The notes beneath the pieces are model-generated. The model had not been told where the DNA came from. It searched no databases and was given only the letters and a program-made list of their open reading frames with translations. A DNA stretch of 40,635 nucleotides. It comes from Myxococcota bacterium. GTDB taxonomy: Bacteria > Myxococcota_A > Polyangia > Polyangiales > Sandaracinaceae. Shown one piece after another: positions 18,029 through 27,221 of this stretch. A program made the translations under genes and the position numbers. The stretch is from assembly GCA_036149055.1 (NCBI GenBank), contig JAYZQJ010000070.1:1-40635 (forward strand). The letters run 5' to 3'. Positions within the stretch are counted from its first letter, which is position 1; every line of letters starts with the position of its first letter.

Positions 18029-21000
18029 TCAGCCCCGGTCGTCGTGCTCGAGCTTCGGCGCCTCGCCGGGCGCGTCGGAGGTCGGCGCCTGGCCGTTTTC
18101 CGGCTCCGGGACCTCGTCCGTGTCCCGGTTCACGGGCACGAGCCGCGCCTCGACGTAGGCCCGCATCGCCCGGAGCGCGCGACCGTACTGCCCCTCCGCG
18201 TCCTGGGCGCGGGCGAGGAAGTAGTGCACCTCGGGGTGGCGCAGCACGTAGTCGGGCTCGGTCCGGACCAGCTCCTCGAGGTGCTCGATGGCCGCGCGGT
18301 GCTGCGCGTAGCTGCCGTCGGCCGCCTTGTAGAGGAGGTAGCCGTAGAGGAAGCGCATCGAAGGCCCGCTGTGCAGCCGCAGCGGCGCGGGGATGTTCTC
18401 CATCGCGATGAGCGCGGCCCCGTAGGCGCGCTCGTCGACCGAGTCGCGCACCGCGTCGAAGCCCTCGAGCAGCTGCTCGGCGGTGTCGCGGTCCATCTCC
18501 GGGCCGGGCATCGGCGGGGTGATCCGGATGGCCGGCTCGTTGTCGCTCGTCAGCAGGTGGGTGAGCACCTCGAGCGCGACCGCGGTCTCCCGGGCCCGGC
18601 CGGCGCGCTGGCTGCGCTCGATCAGGTCGCCGGCCCAGCCGTAGCGGCCGTGCGCGATCATGCTCATCGCCAGCTCGGCGTAGTTGCGGGCCGCCGCGTC
18701 CCCCTCGCCGAAGCCGGCGAGCACCGGGATCTGGGCGTCGCCCTCCGCGACCCGCGCGTTCATCGGGTGACCGTAGGGCCACTCCTCCGAGTAGATGCTC
18801 GAGAGGTAGCCCTCGTAGCGGGAGAAGCCGATCAGGTCGCGGGGCGCGTTGAACTCGATGTGGGCGTTGTCGTCGGTGTTGAGCACCGCGGGGCGCCGCC
18901 GGCACTCCGGCTCCTCGCACCGCCCGGCGTTGTGGGAGGCGGGCACCGGCTCGTAGCTCCCCTCGCGCCGGCGCTCCTCGATCATCGTGTAGGCCATCAC
19001 CTCGTCGCGGGTGGCGAGCAGGGTGCGGGCGAAGATGTCGAAGGGCGTGTAGACGTTGGCCCGCTCGAGCTCGATCGCGATCTCGGAGGGGCAGGTCGGG
19101 TTGCGGAGGTCACCGCTCTCGGCGTCGCGCTCGCAGTAGCAGTGCCGCGCGGGGTCCTCGTCCTGACACTCCACCGGCGCGAAGGCCTGCTGCACGCGCT
19201 CGAGGTCGAGCCGGATCGGCTGGTCCGAGCCGAGCATCACCGTGTCGCTCGAGCGGTCGTCCGCGCTGAGCACCACGACGTGCTCGAACTGCGAGGCGAA
19301 GGTCCGGTAGATGGTCTTGATGTTCTGCGGGCTGAGCTCGTAGAGCTGCACCCACTGGCAGTAGATGCCGCCCGGGCGGAGGCGCTGCTTGGTGATGCGC
19401 CAGTGATCCACCGTGAACAGATCGCTGACGCCCGTGATCCAGGGGTTGCTGGGCTCGCTGACGATCACGTCGTACTGCCGACGGGTCGAGGCGAGGTAGT
19501 TGCGGCCGTCGTCGTTGATGATCGTGAGCCGATCCATCTCGACGTAGGGCCAGCGGTCGAGGCGGTAGTCGAGGTGGTTGACGTCCTCGAAGAAGCGCGC
19601 CGCCTCGGGGATGTGCCGCTCGAGCTCCACCACGTCGACGCGCTCGACCGGGAACTGCAGCGCGGTGCCGACCGACACCCCCGAGCCGAAGCCGATGACG
19701 GCGACGTCGAGCCCCGCCGGGCCCTCGGGGTGGAGGAGGAGCGGGTAGGCGGCGACGTTGATCTGGGTCGGCATGTCGTCGCCGTTGCTGGCGTCGACCT
19801 TGCCGTTGTTCTTCATCGCGTAGTGGCGGCCCCAGCGCTCGACGCTGACCGTCGTGGTCAGGCCGTCCTCGTAGTAGACGAGGTCGGGGGCGCCCCAGCT
19901 GGCGGGGTCGAGCATGCCCTCGGCGAGCGACACCCGGAACACGCCCAGGGTCATCTGGGTGAGGTTCCAGCGGATGTTGTAGCTGTCGTCGGTGTAGGGG
20001 TTGCGGGTGAAGACGAAGAGCACCGCGAGCAGCGCCGGGATCAGCGGGCTCAGGATGTAGACGGTGACCGCGTGCCAGGTGGGTAGGTCGGCCTCGGGCG
20101 GCGCGTCCTCGTCGACCGGCGGCGGGGTCGGGCCCGGCGCGACGATCTCTCGCCAGTTCGCCCAGCTGGCCACCAGGCCGGTGAGCACCAGGAAGGCGCG
20201 GAGCACCCACTGCACGGCGCCGAGCGCCCAGCTGTCGGCCTGCGAGGGATCGACGAGCACCACCGCGAGCGCGCCCGCCGCGAAGGTGGGCACGACGACC
20301 ATCGCCATCGCGCGGCCGTCGAGCTTCCCGCGCGGCTCGCCCTTCTGGGCGGCCGAGACCTCGCGCAGCCACTGGTACTCGATCGCGCAGAGCACGAAGA
20401 AGCCGAGCGCGGTGCCCACCCGGGTCCACCAGCGCCAGTCGCCGGTCATCACCGGGTAGGCGCTGCCCGCGACGGCGAGGCCGGCGAGCACGGGGAGGGT
20501 GATGGCCGCGACGCGACGCCAGCTCCACCAGCGCTGGTCCTCGTGCGGATCGGCGGCGCCGAGGATCAGCATCACCAGCGCGAGCACCATGTTCAGCGCG
20601 ACGCCGAGGTGCAGGGTGCGCTCGGCGCCGATGAGCGCGAAGAGGATGAAGCCGGGCAGCCAGGCGCCGATGATCGAGCCGACCGTGTTGCCGGTGTAGA
20701 CGTGGGCCACGTCGCGGGCGATGCCGTCGCCGCCCTTGGTCCAGATGCGGACCACGAGCGGGAACATCGCGCCCATGCCCAGGGTGGCGGGCAGCGTGCA
20801 GAGCACGACGGTCAGGAACATGAAGAACTGGACCTGGCCGACGTGGTCGGGGAGCGCGGCGCTCGGGATGCTGACGACGAGCTGCGCGAAGGCGTAGGGG
20901 ATCTCGTCCTGCCAGATGTACGAGGCGACGGTGGCCCCGGCGATGAACAGCTGGATGATGGCCACGAGCAGCACGCTCGAGCGGCTCAGCAGCGAGGCGA

Positions 21001-22459
21001 GCACCAGGAACGTGGCCACGAGCGCGACCACCGTCATGATGATCTGCGGCAGGAAGCCGGGGAAGCGGATGGTGTTGACGACGGCGGCGGCGACCGGGAT
21101 GGCGGCCATCACCACCACGACCAGCGACTTCCAGGAGCCCTCGTCGTCGCGGAAGGCGATCTCGCTGAGGCGCTCGCTGGTGGCGCGGCGGCTGGCCCAG
21201 ATGAGCGCGAGCACGATCGGCGCGACGTAGAAGAGGCTCAGGAGCAGGTAGTTCGTGACCCCGCCCTCGAAGCGCGTGGAGGTGTCCTGCGGATCGACGA
21301 TGTCGACCGCCCAGGGGACGTTGGCGAGGAAGACGAGCACGATCGAGGTCGCGGCGACGCCGGCGAAGGGCGCCGTCTTCTTGCCGAGGAACGCGCTCAT
21401 CGCGGCCGCGCCGACCGCGATGCCGATGAGGAAGGTCTCCAGGATCAGCGCGAACGAGTAGATCGAGGAGCCGATGGTCATCGCGAGCGCGCGTGACCAC
21501 ACGACCTCGTAGCAGAGGGCGGCGGCGCCGCTGGCGGCGAACGCGAGGAACGCGCCCTTGCGCGCCAGCTCGGGGATGGGCAGCTCGTCGTCGCCCGCGC
21601 TCGCCGTCTCCGCGGTCTTCTTTTTCTTCTTCCGCTTCTTCTTGGTCTTCTTCGCCTTCTCCGGCTCGGCGTCCTCGGCCTTCTCGTCCGCGGGCGCGGC
21701 GGGGGTCTCGGTCACGTCCTCGGGCCCGGCGGTGCCGGGCAGGAACGCGAGCGGCTCCCCCGGCTCCCAGAGCCCGGCGAGGAGCGGCTTGCGGAAGATC
21801 CAGATGATCGCCGCGAGGCCGAAGTTCATCGAGCAGGCGACGATGTTGGTGACCGAGAGGCCGACCGTCGGCAGCAGCACGAAGGCGCTGAGGAGCGGGC
21901 CGGTCGAGGCGCCGAAGGTGTTGATGGCGTAGAGCCAGCCGACCTGCTTGCCGGCCTCGCGGGCGTTCTCGCTGGCGCGCACGAAGTGCCGGGTCAGCAG
22001 CGGCAGGGTGGAGCCCATCAGGGTGGTGGGGATGATCAGCAGCGGGGCGACGCAGAGGAACCGCGCGACCATGAACAGCCCGGACTCCGCGCCCAGCTCC
22101 GCGCGCAGGAACGCGTTGACGGTCGCGAGCCAGCCGTCGGACTGGATCATCAGGGGGATGAGCAGGCCCCAGAGGCCGACGCCGATCTCGGCCACCGCGT
22201 AGGTGATGATCGGGTGCTTGATCCGGTGGGCGTACTTGCCGCCCAGCCACGCACCGAGGCCGAGCCCCGCCATGAAGACGGTCAGCACCGTGCTGATCGC
22301 GACCGAGGTCGCGCCGAACACGTGGTGCAGCATGCGCGTCCAGATCGTCTGGAAGATCAGGCTGGACGCGCCGGAGAGGAAGAAGGCGAGGTATGCGGCG
22401 AGGGCGCGGCCGTGGACGCTGCCAGGTGCGCTCGCTCGCCCGAGGGTTCGGGAAGCCAC
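18029..22459 (-). CDS. Very large membrane protein: MFS-like TM modules fused to a spermidine-synthase-like SAM domain and a C-terminal TPR-like region
   Basis: SGASSLIFQTIWTRML and SGAAALCYEVVWSRAL modules; NNGKVDAS; VIGFGSGVS; VVELE; DDGRNYL; YDVIVSEPSNPW; PGGIYCQW. GTG 22459 has GGAG 8 nt upstream. Confidence 0.85.
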   Translation of the reverse strand: MASRTLGRASAPGSVHGRALAAYLAFFLSGASSLIFQTIWTRMLHHVFGATSVAISTVLTVFMAGLGLGAWLGGKYAHRIKHPIITYAVAEIGVGLWGLLIPLMIQSDGWLATVNAFLRAELGAESGLFMVARFLCVAPLLIIPTTLMGSTLPLLTRHFVRASENAREAGKQVGWLYAINTFGASTGPLLSAFVLLPTVGLSVTNIVACSMNFGLAAIIWIFRKPLLAGLWEPGEPLAFLPGTAGPEDVTETPAAPADEKAEDAEPEKAKKTKKKRKKKKKTAETASAGDDELPIPELARKGAFLAFAASGAAALCYEVVWSRALAMTIGSSIYSFALILETFLIGIAVGAAAMSAFLGKKTAPFAGVAATSIVLVFLANVPWAVDIVDPQDTSTRFEGGVTNYLLLSLFYVAPIVLALIWASRRATSERLSEIAFRDDEGSWKSLVVVVMAAIPVAAAVVNTIRFPGFLPQIIMTVVALVATFLVLASLLSRSSVLLVAIIQLFIAGATVASYIWQDEIPYAFAQLVVSIPSAALPDHVGQVQFFMFLTVVLCTLPATLGMGAMFPLVVRIWTKGGDGIARDVAHVYTGNTVGSIIGAWLPGFILFALIGAERTLHLGVALNMVLALVMLILGAADPHEDQRWWSWRRVAAITLPVLAGLAVAGSAYPVMTGDWRWWTRVGTALGFFVLCAIEYQWLREVSAAQKGEPRGKLDGRAMAMVVVPTFAAGALAVVLVDPSQADSWALGAVQWVLRAFLVLTGLVASWANWREIVAPGPTPPPVDEDAPPEADLPTWHAVTVYILSPLIPALLAVLFVFTRNPYTDDSYNIRWNLTQMTLGVFRVSLAEGMLDPASWGAPDLVYYEDGLTTTVSVERWGRHYAMKNNGKVDASNGDDMPTQINVAAYPLLLHPEGPAGLDVAVIGFGSGVSVGTALQFPVERVDVVELERHIPEAARFFEDVNHLDYRLDRWPYVEMDRLTIINDDGRNYLASTRRQYDVIVSEPSNPWITGVSDLFTVDHWRITKQRLRPGGIYCQWVQLYELSPQNIKTIYRTFASQFEHVVVLSADDRSSDTVMLGSDQPIRLDLERVQQAFAPVECQDEDPARHCYCERDAESGDLRNPTCPSEIAIELERANVYTPFDIFARTLLATRDEVMAYTMIEERRREGSYEPVPASHNAGRCEEPECRRRPAVLNTDDNAHIEFNAPRDLIGFSRYEGYLSSIYSEEWPYGHPMNARVAEGDAQIPVLAGFGEGDAAARNYAELAMSMIAHGRYGWAGDLIERSQRAGRARETAVALEVLTHLLTSDNEPAIRITPPMPGPEMDRDTAEQLLEGFDAVRDSVDERAYGAALIAMENIPAPLRLHSGPSMRFLYGYLLYKAADGSYAQHRAAIEHLEELVRTEPDYVLRHPEVHYFLARAQDAEGQYGRALRAMRAYVEARLVPVNRDTDEVPEPENGQAPTSDAPGEAPKLEHDDRG

Positions 22460-22591
22460 GATGGGGTCTCCGCCGCGCTCCTCGAGACCGAGGGCGGGGC
22501 CGTGCGTGCTGAGGGGGCGTGAAAAGCGCCGCAGTATAGGGAGCGGGGCTGAGGCGCACCACCCGCCCCGCGAGGCGCTCGGGCAGGGCGG

Positions 22592-22616
22592 GAGAGGGGA
22601 GGGGGGAGGCGAGGAG
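22592..22616. repeat. Isolated copy of the purine-rich repeat-family motif
   Basis: GAGAGGGGAGGGGGGAGGCGAGGAG is identical to 12695-12719 and 12919-12943. Confidence 0.8.
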
Positions 22617-22737
22617 GAATCAGCCAGCGCGCGGCGCTCCCTCGGGGATCCCATTCAATCATCGAACTGCCGCTCTCCGACTCGGGTCGTGACCGGTGAC
22701 ATGGAGCCCGCGGCGCTGCTCGAGGACGGTCCTCGAC

Positions 22738-22821
22738 TCGGCTTCGGATTCGGCTTCGGATCCGGCGTCGGGTTCGGCGTCGGGTTCGGCGTCGGACTCG
22801 GCGTCGGACTCGGGCTCGGCG
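22738..22821. repeat. Hexamer array (TCGGNN) x14
   Basis: TCGGCT TCGGAT ... TCGGCG TCGGAC TCGGGC; intergenic. Confidence 0.85.
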
Positions 22822-22871
22822 CGGGCGGGTCGGGTGCATGGGGATGGGGAAGATCGTCCCCGGTGTTTGGC

Positions 22872-23438
22872 TCATCGTCGCCAGGCGAGGGCGGCCGCGA
22901 GGAGCGTGAGCAGGGCGGCGCCGAGGAAGCTCGGGCGGATGCCGAGGCTCGGCAGGAGGAGGAGCTGCGCGAGCGCGGCCCCGACGGCGGCGCCGAGCAG
23001 CGCGGGCGTCCAGGAGGCGCCTCGCCGGGTGAGCCCGCCGACGGCGGCGCCGGAGAGCAGGCTCGGGATCAGCAGCGCGGGCGAGGCCAGGCCGACGCGG
23101 AGCGCGAGGCTCGCCGGCGGCGCGAGGCCCATGGACAGGTCGGTCCCCACCGCGTGGAGCGCGGGCAGGGCGATCAGGCTGGCGGCCCCGGCGAGCCCCG
23201 ACGCGAGGGCGAGGCCGGCGAGGGCGAGGCCAGCCGCGGCGTGGGGACCCGGAGGCGTCCGACGGGCTCCGGCGACGGCGCCGAGGAGCAGGCCCACGCC
23301 GACGGTCGGCGCGACCGCCTCGAAGGCGAGGCGCGACGTGCCGGCGGTCACCAGGAGCAGCCGGACCCAGCCGACCGCGAAGACCAGCGTCGAGGCGCCG
23401 AGCGCGAAGGCCGACACGTGTGCGGGGGAGACGCGCAT
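22872..23438 (-). CDS. Small multi-pass membrane protein resembling one TM module of the downstream SpeE-like fusion
   Basis: Almost entirely hydrophobic. AFALGASTLVFAVGWVRLLLVTAGTS aligns by eye with AFFLSGASSLIFQTIWTRMLHHVFGAT; also LLIPSLLSG vs LIIPTTLMG and LLLPSLG vs VLLPTVG. Confidence 0.65.
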   Translation of the reverse strand: MRVSPAHVSAFALGASTLVFAVGWVRLLLVTAGTSRLAFEAVAPTVGVGLLLGAVAGARRTPPGPHAAAGLALAGLALASGLAGAASLIALPALHAVGTDLSMGLAPPASLALRVGLASPALLIPSLLSGAAVGGLTRRGASWTPALLGAAVGAALAQLLLLPSLGIRPSFLGAALLTLLAAALAWRR

Positions 23439-23518
23439 CGCGGGGTGGTGAGGGAGGGGCCGGAGGGCTGCAAGCCCAACCGCTTCCGAGCCACGATCGT
23501 CGCCGTCGCCTTCGCGGC

Positions 23519-23734
23519 GCCGAATTCGAGGATCGCGCGGGCGGGGCAGCCTCGATTTCGTCGAATTCGACGGTTTCCGATAGTGACTATCGACTGGCCG
23601 TCGAAACCGACGGGTTTTCGATAGTGACTATCGACTTGTCGTCGAATTCGACGAGTTTCCGATAGTGACTATCGACTTGTCGTCGAATTCGACGGGAAAT
23701 CCTCGCACGCGACGATCCGGCGTCGAATTCGACG
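23519..23734. repeat. 41-bp-period array of two alternating palindromes
   Basis: CGTCGAATTCGACG at 23559, 23640, 23681 and 23721 (variant at 23599, core CGAATTCG at 23521). CGATAGTGACTATCG at 23578, 23619 and 23660. Confidence 0.92.
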
Positions 23735-23770
23735 CGGCGCGGGGCGCGATGGGGCGGTAGGTTCTGGGTC

Positions 23771-24403
23771 GTGAGAGCCCTCGCCCTGACGACCGCGATC
23801 CTCGTGGCCTCGACCGTGGCCTCGTCGGTGGCCGCGCAGCGGGGGCCGTCGCCGCGGGCGGCGCGGCTGATCCGGGCCGGGGAGGCGTACCTCCGGGCCG
23901 GGGACCGCGGGAGCGCGATCGGCTACTTCCGGGAGGCGCTGCAGGCCGATCCACGCTCGATGCGGGCGTACGAGCGGCTCGGCGAGGCCTACCGGGCGCG
24001 GGGGAGCCACGTCGACGCGCGCGAGGTCTTCGAGGCGGGGCTCGCGCGCGATCCGGACCACGCGCCGCTCTGGCTGGGGCTCGCCCGGACGCTGCTCGAG
24101 GCGGGGCAGCCGGAGGAGGCGGCGCGGGCGGTGCGGAGCCTGCTGGCGCGCGATCCCGATCACCGGGAGGGGCTGCGGCTCCGGGCCGAGCTCGCCCGCG
24201 CGCGCGGCGCGTGGTCGGAGGCGCTGACCGCGTACCGGGCGCTCCTGTCGCTCGACGACCTGAGCGCCGAGGAGCGCGCCGAGCTGCGACGCTACGAGGC
24301 CGCGCTCCGGCTCCTGGCCCGCCCGCTCGACCCCGTGTCCGCCGCGCGCGCCTGCGCGCCCGACGCGCCCCCGGTGCGGCGAGCGCTCGCCCGCTGCGAA
24401 TAG
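23771..24403 (+). CDS. Secreted TPR protein
   Basis: Signal peptide, then about four TPRs (AIGYFREALQADP, AYERLGEAYRARG, LWLGLARTLLEAG). Confidence 0.85.
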   Translation: MRALALTTAILVASTVASSVAAQRGPSPRAARLIRAGEAYLRAGDRGSAIGYFREALQADPRSMRAYERLGEAYRARGSHVDAREVFEAGLARDPDHAPLWLGLARTLLEAGQPEEAARAVRSLLARDPDHREGLRLRAELARARGAWSEALTAYRALLSLDDLSAEERAELRRYEAALRLLARPLDPVSAARACAPDAPPVRRALARCE

Positions 24404-25069
24404 CTAAGGATCCGACTCGAGCGCGAGGCGCATCTTGCCGAGCGCGCGGGTGCAGAGGCGGGACGCCCAGGACTTGGAGATGCCCATCTCGGCGCCGATC
24501 TCCTCGAGCGTGCGGTCGCCGAAGTAGTGGCCCTCCACCAGGGCGCGCTCGCGGTCGTCGAGCACCTCGAGGGCGTCGCGCACCGCGGAGTGCTCCTCGT
24601 CTTCGATCATCTGGGCCTCGGCCCCGTCGGGCGAGTCCTCGCTCGCCTGCCCGACGACGCTGAGCACCATCGCCGCGCAGGTCTTGCCGAGGATGTCGTC
24701 GACGGCCTCGAGGGTCTTCTGGATGTCGGCGCGCTGTTCGGGGGTGCTGGCGCGCTGGAGCGCGACCTCCTCGGCCGCCCGGTCGAGGGCCTCCGCCGCC
24801 TTGCGCTTCGCGTACACCCGGCGCGGCAGGTAGGCCATCTCTCGCACGCCGTCGATGATGCTGCCGCGCACCCGGTAGTAGGCGTAGGACTCGAACTTCA
24901 CGCCGCGGCTCGCGTCGAAGCGCTCCTTCGCCTCGAGCAGGCCCTTGAAGCCGTACGCCATGAGCTCGCCCACGTCGACCGTGAGGTCCATCTGGGCCTT
25001 CACGCGCAGCGCGTGCTTGCGCACCAGGTCCTCGTGCTCCCTCACGAACGCGTCGTCCGCCCCGCTCAT
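24404..25069 (-). CDS. sigma-70 family sigma factor, FliA/SigD/WhiG-like (group 3)
   Basis: Region 2 GLLEAKERFDASRGVKFESYAYYRVRGSIIDGVR; region 4 LDDRERALVEGHYFGDRTLEEIGAEMGISKSWASRL. Start set at ATG 25069. Confidence 0.9.
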   Translation of the reverse strand: MSGADDAFVREHEDLVRKHALRVKAQMDLTVDVGELMAYGFKGLLEAKERFDASRGVKFESYAYYRVRGSIIDGVREMAYLPRRVYAKRKAAEALDRAAEEVALQRASTPEQRADIQKTLEAVDDILGKTCAAMVLSVVGQASEDSPDGAEAQMIEDEEHSAVRDALEVLDDRERALVEGHYFGDRTLEEIGAEMGISKSWASRLCTRALGKMRLALESDP

Positions 25070-25104
25070 CCACCGGCGAGGACACACCAGCCCACCGGTC
25101 GCGG

Positions 25105-25716
25105 TCAAGCGTGACGCGAAACCTGGAAGAGGTCGGCGTAGGCCCGCAGGCCCTCGGGCAGATCTCCGCCGCGCCGACGCACCCGCCAGAGCTGCTCGGT
25201 CAGCCGGTCGATGGCCCGCTCGAGCGGGACGCGCTCCGCCTGCTCGGGCACGCCGAGGGCGCGGCGACGCTCGGGCAGCTCCTCCTCGTGGGCCAGGGGC
25301 ACGCTGTCGACCTCGACGTCGGTGCCGCGCCAGCCGACCCGGAGCAGCTCCACGAAGCCGCCGTGCAGGTGGCGCACGACCGCCACCCCGCCGTCGCCCT
25401 CCTTGCCCCAGACCCAGCCCGCGTCGAGCCCGCGGCGCGTGAGCTTCGGCTCCGAGGCGAGCAGCGCGTTGGCGATGCCGCGCGCGAGATCCAGCTCCTC
25501 CTCGACCGCGAGCAGCAGCATGAGCGGGCCGGCCGGGGAGCGCCCGGCCGCCTCCGCGTCGGCCACCACCGTGTCCACGAGCTTCTCTCGCTCCTCGCGC
25601 GACATCGAGGCGTAGGCGAGGGCGAAGCCTTCGGCCGCCTCCGCGTCCTGATCCGCGGCGCGCATCAGCGCGTCGAACGGGCTCTCCCCGCGGATCAGCG
25701 ACAGCTTCGGAGGCAT
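25105..25716 (-). CDS. Hypothetical protein upstream of the sigma factor
   Basis: 203-aa ORF with normal composition, co-oriented with the sigma gene and 35 nt before it. Confidence 0.7.
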   Translation of the reverse strand: MPPKLSLIRGESPFDALMRAADQDAEAAEGFALAYASMSREEREKLVDTVVADAEAAGRSPAGPLMLLLAVEEELDLARGIANALLASEPKLTRRGLDAGWVWGKEGDGGVAVVRHLHGGFVELLRVGWRGTDVEVDSVPLAHEEELPERRRALGVPEQAERVPLERAIDRLTEQLWRVRRRGGDLPEGLRAYADLFQVSRHA

Positions 25717-25770
25717 CGGGCGGGTCTAGCATGTCGACGCCGCCCTGCGAATGGCGGGGTCAACCGTGAT

Positions 25771-27108
25771 TCAGGTCGGGGGCGGGCGGACGCTCGTCAG
25801 GGAGTTGGGGTCGGTCAGCTCGTCCTCGGTCGCGGGCCGCACGGCGACGCGGTTGACCCGCCGCTCGCGCACGTCCTCGACCACCGCCACGAACCTCCCG
25901 AGGCGGATGCGGTCGCCCGGGTGCGCGAGCCGGCCGAGGGTGGCGAGCACATAGCCGCCGACCGTCTCGGCCCCCTCGATGGGCGGCGCGTCGAGCCCGT
26001 CGAGGGACAGCTCCGCGATGGGCAGCGAGCCGTCGACCACCGCGCCGCCCTCCTCGGTCAGGCGCATGCGCGGCTCGTCGATGTGCAGCTCGTCCTGGAT
26101 GTCGCCGACGATCTCCTCGACCACGTCCTCGAGGGTCACCAGCCCGCTGGTCCCGCCGTACTCGTCGACGATGAGCGCGATCGGGATCTTCGTCTTCTGG
26201 AACTCGGTCAGCAGCTCCCCGACCGAGCGGCTCTCGGGCACGAAGAGGATGTCGCGCTTGAGGTCGCCGATGCGGCCGCGCGGGCGGCGCGACGCCATCA
26301 GCATGTCCTTCACGTAGAGGTAGCCGACGATCTTGTCGGGGTCGCCGTCCTCGGCCACCGGGTAGCGGCTGAAGCCGAACTTGCGGACCCGGCCCATGCA
26401 GGTGTCGAAGTCGTCGGCGAGCGACAGCACGTGCATGTCCACGCGCGGGACCATGACCGCGCGGACCGGCCGGTCGGTCGCCCGCAGCACCCGCTCGAGC
26501 AGCTCCCGCTTGGTGCCCTCGAGGCCGCGATCGGAGAACGAGGCCTGGATGAGGAGCTGGAGCTCCTCGAGGCTCAGCTTGCCCTCGGCGTGGTCGGGCG
26601 CCGGCAGCTTGAGCGCGCGGAGCACGAAGTTGCTGGAGCCGTTGAGGACCCAGAGCGCCGGGTAGCTGAGGTAGAAGAACCAGCGCAGCGGCCGGCCACT
26701 CCAGCGCGCGACCTGCTCGGGGCGCTGGATGGCGAGCGACTTCGGGACCAGCTCGCCGATCACGATGTGCGCGATGGTGATGACCCCGAACGCGAGGGTC
26801 AGGGAGATGCCGTGGATGACCGTGGGGTCGGTGATCCCGGCCTTCACGAGGAGGGGCTCGATGATGTGCGCGAGCGCCGGCTCGCCGAGCCAGCCGAGCC
26901 CGAGCGAGGCGAGCGTGATCCCGAGCTGGGTCGCCGAGAGGTAGGCGTCGAGCCGCTTGGTGATCTCGAAGGCGCGGCGCGCGTCCGCGTCGCCCTGCTT
27001 GGCCATGGCCTCGAGGGCGCTCGGGCGCACCTTGGCGAGCGCGAACTCCGCGGCCACGAAGAACGCGTTCGCCGCCACGCAGACGAGCGACAGTAGGAGC
27101 GCGATCAC
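25771..27108 (-). CDS. HlyC/CorC (CNNM) family transporter: DUF21 + CBS pair + CorC_HlyC
   Basis: NAFFVAAEFAL, QLGITLASLGLGWLGEP, GELVPKSLA, FSRYPV, and VDEYGGTSGLVTLEDVVEEIVGDI. Confidence 0.95.
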   Translation of the reverse strand: MIALLLSLVCVAANAFFVAAEFALAKVRPSALEAMAKQGDADARRAFEITKRLDAYLSATQLGITLASLGLGWLGEPALAHIIEPLLVKAGITDPTVIHGISLTLAFGVITIAHIVIGELVPKSLAIQRPEQVARWSGRPLRWFFYLSYPALWVLNGSSNFVLRALKLPAPDHAEGKLSLEELQLLIQASFSDRGLEGTKRELLERVLRATDRPVRAVMVPRVDMHVLSLADDFDTCMGRVRKFGFSRYPVAEDGDPDKIVGYLYVKDMLMASRRPRGRIGDLKRDILFVPESRSVGELLTEFQKTKIPIALIVDEYGGTSGLVTLEDVVEEIVGDIQDELHIDEPRMRLTEEGGAVVDGSLPIAELSLDGLDAPPIEGAETVGGYVLATLGRLAHPGDRIRLGRFVAVVEDVRERRVNRVAVRPATEDELTDPNSLTSVRPPPT

Positions 27109-27221
27109 GCTGCTCCGCTCCCGCGAATGGCCTCGGCGGGCTCCATCCTGATGGATCGTGGGTACACCGGTGAGCCGGACTCTGTAAACCAGACCGGGGC
27201 CGCGCGCTATCCTCCGCGGCC

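Noticed and set aside
23519..23734. CRISPR array interpretation of the 41-bp repeats
   Set aside because: Period too short, no unique 30-40-nt spacers, and no cas genes in the window.
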